DNA of 64,000 nucleotides from Acidobacteriota bacterium (GCA_014584705.1 JACTMJ010000002.1:74914-138913); one strand, 5' to 3'. Positions 44,674 through 54,965 are shown, counted from the first letter of the stretch. Program-made: numbers and translations. Notes: generated by a model not told the origin, from the letters alone.

Positions 44674-47256
44674 CTAACGCGCTCCCCCATACAGCCAGCG
44701 GCGGCCGTCGCTGCGCAAGGTGATCGCTCCGTCGCGATCCGTTCGAAACAGGGCGATGCCGCGTGCGCGAAGGCGCGCCACCACCGTCGGGTTCGGGTGG
44801 CCGTAAGAGTTCAGCCAGCCCGCGGAAACCAGGGCCAGCGAGGGGGAAAGCGCATCCAGAAACGCGGCGCTGGTCGAAGTGCGGCTTCCGTGATGCGCCA
44901 CCTTCAGAATATCGGCGCGCGGAAGTTCTCCTCGCTCGATCATCTCCTGCTCGTTCATTTCATGGATGTCGCCCGTGAACAGAACAGACGTGTCCCCGAA
45001 CCGTGCATGAAGCACCAGCGAATCCTCATTGGAGCGCCTGTCATTCTGTTCACTGGCCGTTTGGTAGGAACCGGGGTGCAGAGTTCGCCAGCGGACTCCG
45101 CCCGATTCCCACGTATCCTCCGCGCGGCGTGTGATGCACTCCACGCCCGCCGCGCGCGCCACCGCCAATACACGGTCCAGGAGAGGATGGTCGGCATTCT
45201 GCCTGGCCAGCACGAGCGTCTTTGGCCGGAAGATGCGCAGGATGGCGGGCGCGCCGCCTGCATGGTCAAAGTCCAGGTGGCTGAGAATCAGCGTGTCAAT
45301 CCGCTGGATGCCGCGTTTCCAAAGATACGGAGCAACAATGTCTTCACCGGTGTCGAGCCTCGTGCTGGCCGAGTAACCGCCAAGCCCGCCTGTGTCAATG
45401 AGGGCCGTGGAGCCATCCGGGGCAACCAGGAGCGATGCATCCCCCTGCCCGACGTCCAGCATGGTGAGTTCCATTTCTCCCCTCGTGAGCTCCGGGACAA
45501 AAGGGTGGATCAGGATAAGGGCGATGGTCAGGGCCGCCGCCCCCGCAAGAACGGCGGTCAGGGCTCGGCGATGCAGCGCTCGCGGCGACGCGTTGGCGAT
45601 TACAGCCTCTCGGCGCTCCCGAGCGGAGAGCCACCGTGCTTTGGGCTCCCAGACAACGATGGCGATGACGACGGCCGCGGTCGCGAGCATCAGCAGAAAT
45701 GGCGGAACGTCCGGAATTCGCAAGTCCGGCGTGTTCGCGGCAATGGCGGCAATCAATTGATTCGTGAGTTCGATCAGATTCGAGAGCAGATGCTGGACTC
45801 CTGGAATCGGCAGTGCAAGATCCAAGAAGGCCAGCGGCACGACGAGAGCGAGGATCGGACTCAGGAGAAGATTCGCAATGGGGGCGATCAGCGGCGCGCG
45901 ATGGAAGTCCTGGACCAGGAGCGGCGTGAGCACCACCTGCACAACAAGGGAGAAAAGCAGCAGCGTGCCACAAATTCCGGCCCCGCGAACGAGGAGCGCC
46001 AGGACTCGCTGGGACGCCCCTTCCGGCAGCCGGGTTGCGAGGTGCAAAGCCCGCGCGAGCAGGCGCAGTTCCACACGCGCTTCGGCCACCTCGGCGGGCA
46101 ATCGGAGATCGGAACCGGTATCCGGGAGGTTCCCGGCGACGGCGGGCCAGGCCCCGAAGAGAGCTTGCTGCAAGGGAATCGCGATGCCGGTAATCGCCAG
46201 CACGGCGAGGAACGAAAGCTGAAAACTCGCGTCGAGAAGTTGCCCGGGGTCCCACGCCAGAAACAGCAGCGCGACAAGCGCCAAAAGATTCAGCGGTCGC
46301 GAGCGTCGGAATGCGAGCGAGGCAACCAGATAGAGCGTCACCGCGCAAGCCGCGCGTAGCGCCGGCACTTCATACCCGGCCACCAGGGCATAGGCCCAGC
46401 AGAGAAGCGCCGTCAGCAGAAAGCGCAGCCATCGCGGAAGCGAGATCAGCCGAAAGAAGAGCAGAAACGTAGCGGCGAGAATTGCTACGTGTTGCCCCGA
46501 GATCACCAGCACGTGATACACGCCGGCAAGACGATAGTCTTCGAGCGTCTCTTCGGGGATCATCGAGTCCTCGCCCAGCAGGACGGCGGAGAGCCATGCT
46601 CTCACTTCCGGCCGAGCCTGATAGCGGAGATCCAGGCGATCCAGGAGAGATTCCCTCACGCGGTGCAGCATCGCCAGAGCAGTTGGACCGCAATTGCCAG
46701 GGTCCGCGCGGAGGCGGTTGGCCCCGGTGGCTGAAATCAACCAGAACACACCCTTCCGCGCAAGAAACCGCTCATAGTCGAAGCCGCCGGGGTTCCGGAA
46801 GTTTCGTGGAGGACGAATGCGACCCTCGATGCGGACCGGCTGCCCGTACCGCAGGTCCGGCAATGTCTCCCCTGCACGCGGGTAAACGCCTGCCTGGATC
46901 CGTGCGCCGTCCGGCGTTCGCAGCAAGAACTGCACGCGCTCCGGTGTACGGGTGATGACGGAATCCACGCAGCCCTCAGCGACAACCCTCTCCCCCGGCT
47001 GCACGTTCACGGGGGGCGGGAAAGGAAGCGGGTGCAGACTCAGCCAGAACCCTCCCAGGAAGAACCCGGGCGCCACGACCGCCCACTCGGATCGCACCCG
47101 GTTCCGGCAACCGACGCCCGCCCAGACCAGCAGGGGGAGGAGGATCGCCGCCGGCCAGTAGGAAGCCGGCTCCCCCGGTAGAGAAATCTCGAACGCCATC
47201 CCCGCAAGCACCGCGAGGAGCGGCAGAAGGAAAGGATTGCGCTGAAATGCCGACAC
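44674..47256 (-). CDS. comEC: ComEC/Rec2 DNA internalisation channel protein with metallo-beta-lactamase domain
   Basis: 860 aa with an N-terminal OB/DUF4131-like region and a polytopic competence domain. The C-terminal MBL domain has MLDVGQGDASLL, HLDFDHAGG and KVAHHGS. Confidence 0.9.
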   Translation of the reverse strand: MSAFQRNPFLLPLLAVLAGMAFEISLPGEPASYWPAAILLPLLVWAGVGCRNRVRSEWAVVAPGFFLGGFWLSLHPLPFPPPVNVQPGERVVAEGCVDSVITRTPERVQFLLRTPDGARIQAGVYPRAGETLPDLRYGQPVRIEGRIRPPRNFRNPGGFDYERFLARKGVFWLISATGANRLRADPGNCGPTALAMLHRVRESLLDRLDLRYQARPEVRAWLSAVLLGEDSMIPEETLEDYRLAGVYHVLVISGQHVAILAATFLLFFRLISLPRWLRFLLTALLCWAYALVAGYEVPALRAACAVTLYLVASLAFRRSRPLNLLALVALLFLAWDPGQLLDASFQLSFLAVLAITGIAIPLQQALFGAWPAVAGNLPDTGSDLRLPAEVAEARVELRLLARALHLATRLPEGASQRVLALLVRGAGICGTLLLFSLVVQVVLTPLLVQDFHRAPLIAPIANLLLSPILALVVPLAFLDLALPIPGVQHLLSNLIELTNQLIAAIAANTPDLRIPDVPPFLLMLATAAVVIAIVVWEPKARWLSARERREAVIANASPRALHRRALTAVLAGAAALTIALILIHPFVPELTRGEMELTMLDVGQGDASLLVAPDGSTALIDTGGLGGYSASTRLDTGEDIVAPYLWKRGIQRIDTLILSHLDFDHAGGAPAILRIFRPKTLVLARQNADHPLLDRVLAVARAAGVECITRRAEDTWESGGVRWRTLHPGSYQTASEQNDRRSNEDSLVLHARFGDTSVLFTGDIHEMNEQEMIERGELPRADILKVAHHGSRTSTSAAFLDALSPSLALVSAGWLNSYGHPNPTVVARLRARGIALFRTDRDGAITLRSDGRRWLYGGAR

Positions 47257-47602
47257 TTCTTTGATTTAGTGGAGACGCCGACCAAAAATTCTCACTTAAA
47301 CCGCTTCCGCCGCGGGTGCTTCCGTTGCTGAAGTGCTTCCTTACAGTGGGCATGAACTTGTGAACTTGACTGCAATCATCGCCGCGATGCCGGCGCGCCA
47401 TGCTCGTAAGGATTTTCGGAGGGCGAAGCGGAACAGGGAGGGCCGCGGAGAACTCTAACACGCAGATGGGAGATTTCACAGCGGCGGACAGTGATGCATG
47501 GATTTCCATGAGGCGAGAGCGAACCGCAGTCGCGGCTGTGGTCGGGAGCTGATTGTGATGGTCACGGCGGTCTCAGATTGCTGGAAAGGATCTGCGCAAT
47601 GT

Positions 47603-47630
47603 GGAACTTCCAGGGACTTCACGGACGTAA
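47603..47630 (+). promoter_or_regulatory. possible ECF (sigma-E-like) promoter upstream of htrA
   Basis: GGAACTT, a 16-nt spacer, then CGTAA. Lies about 145 nt upstream of the htrA ATG. Confidence 0.35.
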
Positions 47631-47776
47631 AATCAGGTAGAACCGAATTCGAATCTGCACGTCTATTGGTTTAGATCGCAAGCACAACCGAGTATGGATC
47701 CCTGTCGCTTTCCCCACTTTGCGTCAAAGCAGCAACCCGCTCGGCGACACGCAAGACCCTGTTTTTTGGAGGAGAT

Positions 47777-49303
47777 ATGAAGATTCAGATAAAGCGCTAC
47801 ATGCCGGGAGTTCTCCTTTGCGCAGCGCTGGCAGTTGGTTCCTCGCTCATTATTCATGCCATTGCCACACCCGAAGCGGGAGCGAATCGAGTGGATAGCG
47901 CCGTTCAGGCGAGCGGCCAGAACTCGGCTCCACCCAGTTTCACCTTTGCGCCGATGCTAAAGCAGGCACGCAAATCCGTGGTGAACGTGCTGGTGGAGAA
48001 AGTGGACCGCGTGCCCACCCGCAGTATGGAGCGTTTCCCGTTTCCCTTCTTCGACCCCTTTGGCCAGGGGGAAGGCCGGCAGCAGGATCCGAATGACGAC
48101 GGAACCCGCCGCAGCCGGGGCGCCGGTTCCGGAGTGGTGGTGAGCGCGGACGGCTACATCCTCACGAACAATCACGTGGTGGAAGATTCCGACGAAGTGA
48201 CGGTCACCTTTTCCAACGGCCGCACCGAAAAGGCGAAAGTCGTCGGTACGGACCCGCCCACCGACCTTGCCGTGCTGAAGGTGGAACCCAAGGGACTCGA
48301 TCTGGAACCCATCCAGTTCGCCAACTCGGATTCCGTCGAGGTGGGAGACCTGGCTTTCGCCATCGGGAATCCCCTCGGCATCGGCCAGACGGTGACCATG
48401 GGGATCGTGAGCGCGACGGGGCGCACCATGGGAATCATCCGTACCGGTGAGAACAGCGGCACTCCCCAGGCTGGGTATGAGGATTTCATTCAGACGGACG
48501 CCGCGATCAACCGGGGCAATTCCGGAGGCGCTCTGATCACCGTGGACGGGCGCTTGATGGGCATCAATTCCGCGATCATTTCGCAGAGCGGCGGCAACGA
48601 GGGGATCGGCTTTGCAATCCCGATGAATATCGCCCGCTTCGTGATGGACCAGTTGATTTCGAACGGCAAGGTGCAGCGAGCGATGATCGGCGCGCTGCTA
48701 ACCGAAGTGGATTCCACGATGGCCAAGGCGCTCGGAATGGACCGGCCTTACGGAGCCATGGTCAATGAGGTGGTGCAAGGAAAGCCCGCGGCGGCCGCCG
48801 GGATGAAAGCGGGAGACGTTATCACGAAGATCAACGGGACGGAGATGCGCGACAGCATGCAGACCCGGAACATGATCTCCATGATGAAGCCCGGCACGAA
48901 AGTGGACATCACCGTGAATCGCAACGGGAAAGCGGTAACGCTACCGGTGACGCTCACGGGACTCGATCAGCAGTTCTCCTCGGAGTCCGTCGAGAGCTCG
49001 TCCCAAAGCGGTCTTGACGGGGTGAGTGTGTCCGAGATCCCCGAAGACATGCGCTCTCAGTTGAGGTTGGATGCCGACGTCAAAGGCGTGGTGGTCACCC
49101 GCGTATCGCCTTCGAGCAAGGCAGCCGCGGGAGGTATTCGCCCGCGCGACGTGATTGTCGCCATTGACCGGCAACCCGTGACGAGCGTCGGCGATTTCGA
49201 GCGGCTTATGAAGGGTGCACAGAAGGATGCTATCTTCGTGCAGGTAAAGCGCTACGTGCAAGGACGAGGCTGGAGCAATTTCTTCTTCGGTGTCGAACGG
49301 TAA
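47777..49303 (+). CDS. periplasmic serine endoprotease, HtrA/DegP/DegQ family (two PDZ domains)
   Basis: GGAGGAG RBS and a signal peptide. Catalytic motifs TNNHVV, DLAVLKV and GNSGGAL. Two PDZ-like segments. Confidence 0.95.
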   Translation: MKIQIKRYMPGVLLCAALAVGSSLIIHAIATPEAGANRVDSAVQASGQNSAPPSFTFAPMLKQARKSVVNVLVEKVDRVPTRSMERFPFPFFDPFGQGEGRQQDPNDDGTRRSRGAGSGVVVSADGYILTNNHVVEDSDEVTVTFSNGRTEKAKVVGTDPPTDLAVLKVEPKGLDLEPIQFANSDSVEVGDLAFAIGNPLGIGQTVTMGIVSATGRTMGIIRTGENSGTPQAGYEDFIQTDAAINRGNSGGALITVDGRLMGINSAIISQSGGNEGIGFAIPMNIARFVMDQLISNGKVQRAMIGALLTEVDSTMAKALGMDRPYGAMVNEVVQGKPAAAAGMKAGDVITKINGTEMRDSMQTRNMISMMKPGTKVDITVNRNGKAVTLPVTLTGLDQQFSSESVESSSQSGLDGVSVSEIPEDMRSQLRLDADVKGVVVTRVSPSSKAAAGGIRPRDVIVAIDRQPVTSVGDFERLMKGAQKDAIFVQVKRYVQGRGWSNFFFGVER

Positions 49304-49335
49304 CCCGTTTCATTTCGCCCCCTGATCCTCCCTTT

Positions 49336-49364
49336 GGGCCGCCCCGCACGGGCGGCCCTTTTTA
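49336..49364 (+). terminator. rho-independent terminator after htrA
   Basis: GGGCCGCCC-cgcac-GGGCGGCCC (9-bp perfect GC stem) followed by TTTTTA, 33 nt after the htrA stop. Confidence 0.8.
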
Positions 49365-49425
49365 TGTTCCCGCCACCCCGCGCTATACTCCGTGTTTGGG
49401 ATGAAAATCCCTCCATGGAGTCGAA

Positions 49426-51114
49426 ATGTCCGAAAAACAGCAGTTACGCAGCTATACCATCACCCAGGGAAGAGACCGCGCCCCGGCCCGGAGTTACCTG
49501 AAAGGCATCGGGTTTACCGACGAGGATCTCCGGAAGCCCATCATCGGAATCGCCAATACCTGGATTGGCACGATGCCGTGTAACTACAATCTGCGCGAAC
49601 TGGCCGTCTATGTGGCCCAGGGTGTGCGGGCGGCCGGCGGAACGCCCATGGAGTTCAACACCATCGCCATCAGCGACGGGATCACCATGGGTACCGAGGG
49701 AATGAAGACCTCGTTGATCAGCCGCGAAGTGATCGCCGATTCCATTGAGTTGGTCGGTCGCGGCCACATGTTTGACGGTGTGATCGCGCTCGTGGCTTGC
49801 GATAAGACCATCCCCGGAGCGGCGCTCGGCCTCATCCGTTTGAACGTCCCCGGCGTACTTCTCTACGGGGGTTCCATTCTTCCCGGCAAGTACAAGGGAA
49901 TCGACGTCACCATTCAGGATGTGTTTGAAGCAGTGGGCGCGCACGCGGCGGGGAAGATCAGCGATCAGGAGTTGCTTGACCTGGAGAATTGCGCCTCTCC
50001 TGGCGCGGGCGCCTGCGGCGGCCAATACACCGCGAACACGATGGCCACGGTGATGGAGATCATCGGCCTCTCTCCGCTTGGCACCGCCGCGGTCCCGCAA
50101 GTGGATCCGCGCAAGAACGACGTTTCCCGGTATTGCGGCGAGGTCATCGTCGACGCCGTGAAGCGGGATCTGAAGCCGCGCGATATTCTCACCAAGACGG
50201 CGTTCCGCAACGCAATTGCCTCCGTGGCCGCCAGCGGCGGATCCACCAACGCGGTGCTGCACCTTCTCGCCATGGCCAGGGAAGCGCACGTAGATCTGAA
50301 GATCGATGAGTTTAACGAGATCAACGACCGCACTCCGCTGCTCTGCGACCTCAAGCCCGCGGGCCATTTTGTCGCTCCGGACGTAGACAAAGCCGGCGGC
50401 ATTCCGGTGATTGCAAAACGTCTCGTCGATGGCGGTTACGCGGACGGTTCGGCGATCACCATCACCGGAAAGACACTCGGTGAAGAGGCGGCCAAGGCAG
50501 TGGAAACGGGCGGCCAGACGGTGATTCACGCGCTCGACAACCCGATTAAGAAATCTGGCGGCCTGGTGATCCTGAAGGGCAACCTTGCACCAGATGGCTC
50601 CGTGATCAAGGTGACCGGAATCAACAAGACCGTCCATCGCGGCCCGGCGCGGGTATTCGGGCGCGAAGAGGCCGCGATGCAGGCGGTAACGGCGGGCCAG
50701 ATCAAGGCCGACGACGTGGTGGTGATCCGCTATGAGGGCCCCGTGGGCGGGCCTGGGATGCGCGAAATGCTCGGCGTCACGAGCGCGATTGCGGGAGCCG
50801 GCCTTGGCGAATCCGTCGCCATGGTCACCGACGGCCGATTCAGCGGCGCTACGCGCGGCTTTATGATTGGCCATGTGGCGCCCGAAGCAGCCAAAGGCGG
50901 GCCGATTGCCCTCGTTTACGACGGGGACATCATCGAACTCGACCTGGTGAAAAAGACCATTACGCTGGAAGTGCCGGAAGCCGAGTTGGAACGGCGGCGC
51001 GCCGAGTGGAAGAAGCCGAAACCGCACTACACCGAAGGCGTCTTCGCCAAGTATTGCGCTCTGGTATCTTCCGCCGCGGAAGGCGCGATTACCTTCGCGC
51101 CGAACCTGGATTAG
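49426..51114 (+). CDS. ilvD: dihydroxy-acid dehydratase
   Basis: [52 protein letters not shown]. 562 aa. Confidence 0.97.
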   Translation: MSEKQQLRSYTITQGRDRAPARSYLKGIGFTDEDLRKPIIGIANTWIGTMPCNYNLRELAVYVAQGVRAAGGTPMEFNTIAISDGITMGTEGMKTSLISREVIADSIELVGRGHMFDGVIALVACDKTIPGAALGLIRLNVPGVLLYGGSILPGKYKGIDVTIQDVFEAVGAHAAGKISDQELLDLENCASPGAGACGGQYTANTMATVMEIIGLSPLGTAAVPQVDPRKNDVSRYCGEVIVDAVKRDLKPRDILTKTAFRNAIASVAASGGSTNAVLHLLAMAREAHVDLKIDEFNEINDRTPLLCDLKPAGHFVAPDVDKAGGIPVIAKRLVDGGYADGSAITITGKTLGEEAAKAVETGGQTVIHALDNPIKKSGGLVILKGNLAPDGSVIKVTGINKTVHRGPARVFGREEAAMQAVTAGQIKADDVVVIRYEGPVGGPGMREMLGVTSAIAGAGLGESVAMVTDGRFSGATRGFMIGHVAPEAAKGGPIALVYDGDIIELDLVKKTITLEVPEAELERRRAEWKKPKPHYTEGVFAKYCALVSSAAEGAITFAPNLD

Positions 51115-51180
51115 CCGGGTTCGGTTCTCTTCAGCCCCGTGCTGGAAGATGGATTGAACATTCGAATTGGACAGGCATGT

Positions 51181-51231
51181 GGGGGCACTCCTGATTCCGG
51201 TATACACGGAAGCAGGAGTGCCCCCTCTCTT
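51181..51231 (+). terminator. long perfect hairpin downstream of ilvD (terminator-like)
   Basis: gggggcactcctg-a-ttccg-gtataca-cggaa-g-caggagtgccccc (13 + 5 bp) followed by tctcttt. Starts 67 nt after the ilvD stop. Confidence 0.5.
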
Positions 51232-51643
51232 TGCAGAATACTCCGCGTATTTGAATCGCCTTCCCAGTACACCCACCCGGTACCTACCCTCGGATAATAT
51301 GCCGCCGTGCCTTCCCGGCCGCCAGAGGGGTTCTCACAGCATCCTCCCCTCCACAAACGTAAGTCCAATATCTTCTTTAGGCCACGCCGCTCGGGGCGCG
51401 CTCCTTCTCCAGGATTCGACGCAAATGCGGGCCGCCGTTCCCTCGCGACCTCACGCCCAGCAGGAATTGACATTCGCGGAAACGAGCGCGGTGCCGCACT
51501 GATTTCCCGAAAAGTCCTAATAGTTCGTACTATCTGTTATCTACCTCTCATTTTACTCGAAATACTAGTTTACCCGGTTACATTCATGTAACACTTCAGT
51601 CAATTCATGACGTTTTCATCATGGAGTATTTGGAGGTATTTCG

Positions 51644-52513
51644 ATGAAGAGATGGGTGACGTTTTGTGGACTTATTACAATTGGACTCATGCTTACGCAG
51701 GCATCTCAAGCTGAGACCATCGTCTACCCCAATGTGCCCGGTGGCGAGACATATACGAATGCATCCGGGATCAATCAAGGGCAGGCTGTCGGCGCGACCG
51801 GCTGGTATTACAACAATGTGAGAAGCTCCGGGTCAGTGGGAATCAACGCCCAGCATCCGAATGACTCTACGGGTTCCGTCTGGTTCAACGGCCCTTCCGG
51901 GTCCGCAAAAGCCGACATTGAGTATCTGGCGAACGGTGTCAGTGTGTTCGGAAACTACGCCGCCACCGGCTCTCTCGGCCTCCTTTCGGATCTCTCTTCA
52001 ATGAGCTATTCGTGGTACCGCGACGGCGCAAGCACCACGACGGCGAACCTGCACCCCGTGCTTCGTGTGATCGTGGATGCCGACGGGAACCTCGGGACGA
52101 TCGGCGACCGCGGCGGCTTGGTTTTTGAAGGCGCTTACAATGGGAACCTCCCAGCGACAACCGACGCTTGGGTTTCCAACACCATCAGCATGAATACCTT
52201 TCTTTGGAATTTCGGTTTGGGAATTGGATTTGCCGCGGATATCGACGGCACATCGTACGGCTACGATTCAACACTTGCGGATTGGCAGGCCTACTTCCCC
52301 AATGCGGTGATCCTGGGATTCAGTTCAGGAATCGGCAGCGGCTGGAGCGGTACGTTCACTGGCGCCGTGGATAAGATCTCCTGGACGATTGGCGACACCA
52401 CCACGGCCACCAACTTCGAGGTTCAGGCCGTGCCGGAGCCTTCCTCGGTTCTGCTAACCATGGCGGGCGCCGCTTTGCTGTTCCTCCGCCGGCGCATGAA
52501 GACACAAAGTTAA
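51644..52513 (+). CDS. PEP-CTERM sorting-domain secreted protein
   Basis: Signal peptide. C-terminus VPEPSSVLLTMAGAALLFLRRRMK matches PEP motif, TM helix and basic tail. The gene and its upstream region are visibly less GC-rich than the surroundings. Confidence 0.85.
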   Translation: MKRWVTFCGLITIGLMLTQASQAETIVYPNVPGGETYTNASGINQGQAVGATGWYYNNVRSSGSVGINAQHPNDSTGSVWFNGPSGSAKADIEYLANGVSVFGNYAATGSLGLLSDLSSMSYSWYRDGASTTTANLHPVLRVIVDADGNLGTIGDRGGLVFEGAYNGNLPATTDAWVSNTISMNTFLWNFGLGIGFAADIDGTSYGYDSTLADWQAYFPNAVILGFSSGIGSGWSGTFTGAVDKISWTIGDTTTATNFEVQAVPEPSSVLLTMAGAALLFLRRRMKTQS

Positions 52514-52536
52514 TCGGGCAATGCGCGAGTTCCATG

Positions 52537-52580
52537 CGAAGCCCGGCAGGGGACCCCTTAAGGTTCCTTGCCGGGCTTCG
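52537..52580 (+). terminator. hairpin after the PEP-CTERM gene
   Basis: cgaagcccggca ... tgccgggcttcg gives a 12-bp perfect stem, extendable by 2 bp after one mismatch. No clear T-tract follows. Confidence 0.4.
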
Positions 52581-52660
52581 TCGCATCGTTCGATCTCGCG
52601 TCCGGGTTGATGGCTGCGCGCGAACGAAGAAAGTTCGCTTGCAAGTGGCGTTATCCTGAA

Positions 52661-53329
52661 ATGGACAAGGGCCTTATGGATGAACGCGATTTTTTCTTGG
52701 AAGCCCGCGCCCAGAAGCCGGCCACGCTCAATTGCCCGTTTTGCCGGAGCGTAAACGAGTACGCTCTCGCCTGGATGGTTCGCAAGAAGCGCACCAACAT
52801 CAACGTGGCGCAATTGGATGAACGCGACCGCGCCAAGTTCGAGAAAGCCCAGAGCTACATGGTGCTGCTCGACGACCACGCCACCTGCCTTGAACCGGGA
52901 TGCCGACGTCGCTTCGAAGTTTCCGGCGTAAAGACCATGGCCTTCGTCACTCCGGAGCAACTCGAAGAGATTGATTTCGGAAGCCAGAGCCGGCGCGACG
53001 GCGGACAGCGCCAGGGCGCGCGTGGCGGCCGTCCGCGGACGGATGGGGGCAATCGCGGGCACGGTGGCGGCCCAAGCAACCGCGACAACATCGGCAACCG
53101 GAGCAATTACGGCAATCGCGATGCGCAGTCCGGTCGCGGACCGCGGCAGTTTGGCCAGGGGAGCGGACAGCAGGGCGGCAAGTCCTCAGGCAACCGTGGG
53201 AAGCAGCCGAACCGGGGCGGCAACGCACCGGCTCCCTTTTCCCCATCGCAATGGAGCGAGCAGCAGGGCTCGCGCAGCCCTCGCGGCAAACGCTCTGACC
53301 CCACGGGGCCGGGTGGCGGCTGGCGCTAG
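52661..53329 (+). CDS. hypothetical protein: Cys4 zinc-ribbon-like N-domain plus ~120-aa Arg/Gly/Asn/Gln-rich tail
   Basis: CPFC ... CLEPGC pairs lie in the first 100 aa. The tail is RG/RGG-rich (GGQRQGARGGRPRTDGGNRGHGGG...). Start taken after the 52537-52580 hairpin; there is no strong RBS. Confidence 0.5.
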   Translation: MDKGLMDERDFFLEARAQKPATLNCPFCRSVNEYALAWMVRKKRTNINVAQLDERDRAKFEKAQSYMVLLDDHATCLEPGCRRRFEVSGVKTMAFVTPEQLEEIDFGSQSRRDGGQRQGARGGRPRTDGGNRGHGGGPSNRDNIGNRSNYGNRDAQSGRGPRQFGQGSGQQGGKSSGNRGKQPNRGGNAPAPFSPSQWSEQQGSRSPRGKRSDPTGPGGGWR

Positions 53330-53841
53330 ACTCCTCCGCGTTTCTCTTCCGGCGTCTTCCACCCCTGAGCCACGACCAATGCCTCCCCCTCGCGAACCAG
53401 GTGAGGGGTACGCATTTCCAATTCCGCGACGAAAGCCGCCTTCTCGCGCGGGCTGATGAGCACACGCTGCGTACGCCCGTAGCGGATCAGAAGGCGATCA
53501 AAGCTCCAGGCGGGCGCGCTGGCGAGGCTGCGCGACGGCTCCACCCTGGTGATCGACAATAGAGGAATCCGGATTCGCAGCAAGCCGCTCCGAACCACCA
53601 GTTTGTCCGATTCGAACGAGTATTCACACGGGTAGGCGATCGCCCACATCGCCGCCAGGACGCCCAACGGCAGCGCCACCAGGCCGAGATCGATGGGCTG
53701 AGAAGAACCCACCGCGGAACCAAGCAGCCAAGCCGGCACACCCAGGGCGAGGAGAAGGTATGCGGCCGCAATAACACCCAACCAGCGGTCAACGCGGGTG
53801 GGATAAAGGCCGGCGGAGTCTCGCGTCGTCCTCTGTTCCAT
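53326..53841 (-). CDS. membrane protein with bacterial PH-like domain
   Basis: Two TM helices, then YSFESDKLVVRSGLLRIRIPLLSITRVEPS...FDRLLIRY, typical of bPH/YdbS-like domains. Family-level guess. Confidence 0.45.
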   Translation of the reverse strand: MEQRTTRDSAGLYPTRVDRWLGVIAAAYLLLALGVPAWLLGSAVGSSQPIDLGLVALPLGVLAAMWAIAYPCEYSFESDKLVVRSGLLRIRIPLLSITRVEPSRSLASAPAWSFDRLLIRYGRTQRVLISPREKAAFVAELEMRTPHLVREGEALVVAQGWKTPEEKRGGV

Positions 53842-53972
53842 CGCACAAATGCCCAACCGGGGCCTCTACCTTCCAGTAAACTATAGCCACATGCACGGCG
53901 GGACATCGGCTGCGGATCGGGCGGACGGTATCCCGCGGCAAGCGGCAGATCGGGTCACGGGGGAATCGGCAG

Positions 53973-54965
53973 ATGCAAAGACGCACGTTTCTTCACGCTT
54001 CGGTGGGCGCCCTGGCGGCGTCACCGGCACTGCTGGCCGCAAGCGACATGCCCACCCGCCCTCTCGGAAAGACCGGCTTGACGGTGAGCCAGTTCACTCT
54101 GGGCGGTTATCACATGCGCGTGGGAGGGCCTCGATCGGGAATTCATCTCATCCATCGCGCGATCGAACTGGGGGTAACCCATTTCGACAGTGCGCGGGGA
54201 TATCACGGCGGCGATAGCGACGCCACCTATGGGAATGCGCTGGCGGGCGGACTTCGCCGCAAGGTGCTTCTGATGTCGAAGAGCAACAAGCGAGACGCGG
54301 CGAGCGCGATGACGGAACTCGAAGACACGCTGCGGGATATGAAGACCGACTACCTGGACCTTTGGGTATGCCATGAAGTCGGCAGTATGGACGAAGTGGA
54401 CCGTATTTTCGCGCCCGGCGGCGCGGCGGAGGCATTTCGCAAAGCCAGGCAACAGGGCAAGGCGCGCCATATTGGTTTTTCGGGTCATCGCGACCCCGAG
54501 GTGCATTTGCGCATGATGCGGGAGACGGACCAATGGGAAACCGTGCAGATGCCCATCAATCTGGTGGACCCGCACTACTTGAGTTTCCTGACGACCGTGA
54601 TGCCAGGCGCGCGCAAACGCGGCATGGGCGTGCTCGCGATGAAATCGAACGCGATGGGCTCGATCAGCCAGAAAGGCATCGCGACAATCGAGGAATGCCT
54701 GCGATTCACTCTTTCCCAGGCGCCGGATTCGCTGGTTTCCGGTGTCGAAACCATCGAACAACTGGAACAGAACGTGGCCGTCGTCAAGGCCTTCCAGCCC
54801 ATGAGCAAAGCCGAGCAGGATACGTTGCTCACTCGAACAAAGAAGGGAGAGACCGGCGTCGGGGTGGAACGGTATAAGAAGCCGGTGGTGGGGGCACAAA
54901 GCATGCCCACCTATCTCGATGGCGAAGGAGGCCGGGGTGGGTCTCGCTTCGGAGCCACAGTCTGA
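53973..54965 (+). CDS. Tat-exported aldo/keto reductase
   Basis: Twin-arginine signal MQRRTFLHASVGALAASPALLAA. AKR motifs FDSARGYHGGDSD, DLWVCHEV, HIGFSGH. Confidence 0.88.
   Translation: MQRRTFLHASVGALAASPALLAASDMPTRPLGKTGLTVSQFTLGGYHMRVGGPRSGIHLIHRAIELGVTHFDSARGYHGGDSDATYGNALAGGLRRKVLLMSKSNKRDAASAMTELEDTLRDMKTDYLDLWVCHEVGSMDEVDRIFAPGGAAEAFRKARQQGKARHIGFSGHRDPEVHLRMMRETDQWETVQMPINLVDPHYLSFLTTVMPGARKRGMGVLAMKSNAMGSISQKGIATIEECLRFTLSQAPDSLVSGVETIEQLEQNVAVVKAFQPMSKAEQDTLLTRTKKGETGVGVERYKKPVVGAQSMPTYLDGEGGRGGSRFGATV

Noticed and set aside
47641-47662. tRNA T-loop-like TTCGAATC in the comEC-htrA spacer
   Set aside because: The flanking bases do not form a T-stem, and no acceptor or anticodon arms can be drawn.
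49444-51276. 610-aa minus-strand ORF
   Set aside because: It is antisense to the unambiguous ilvD gene.
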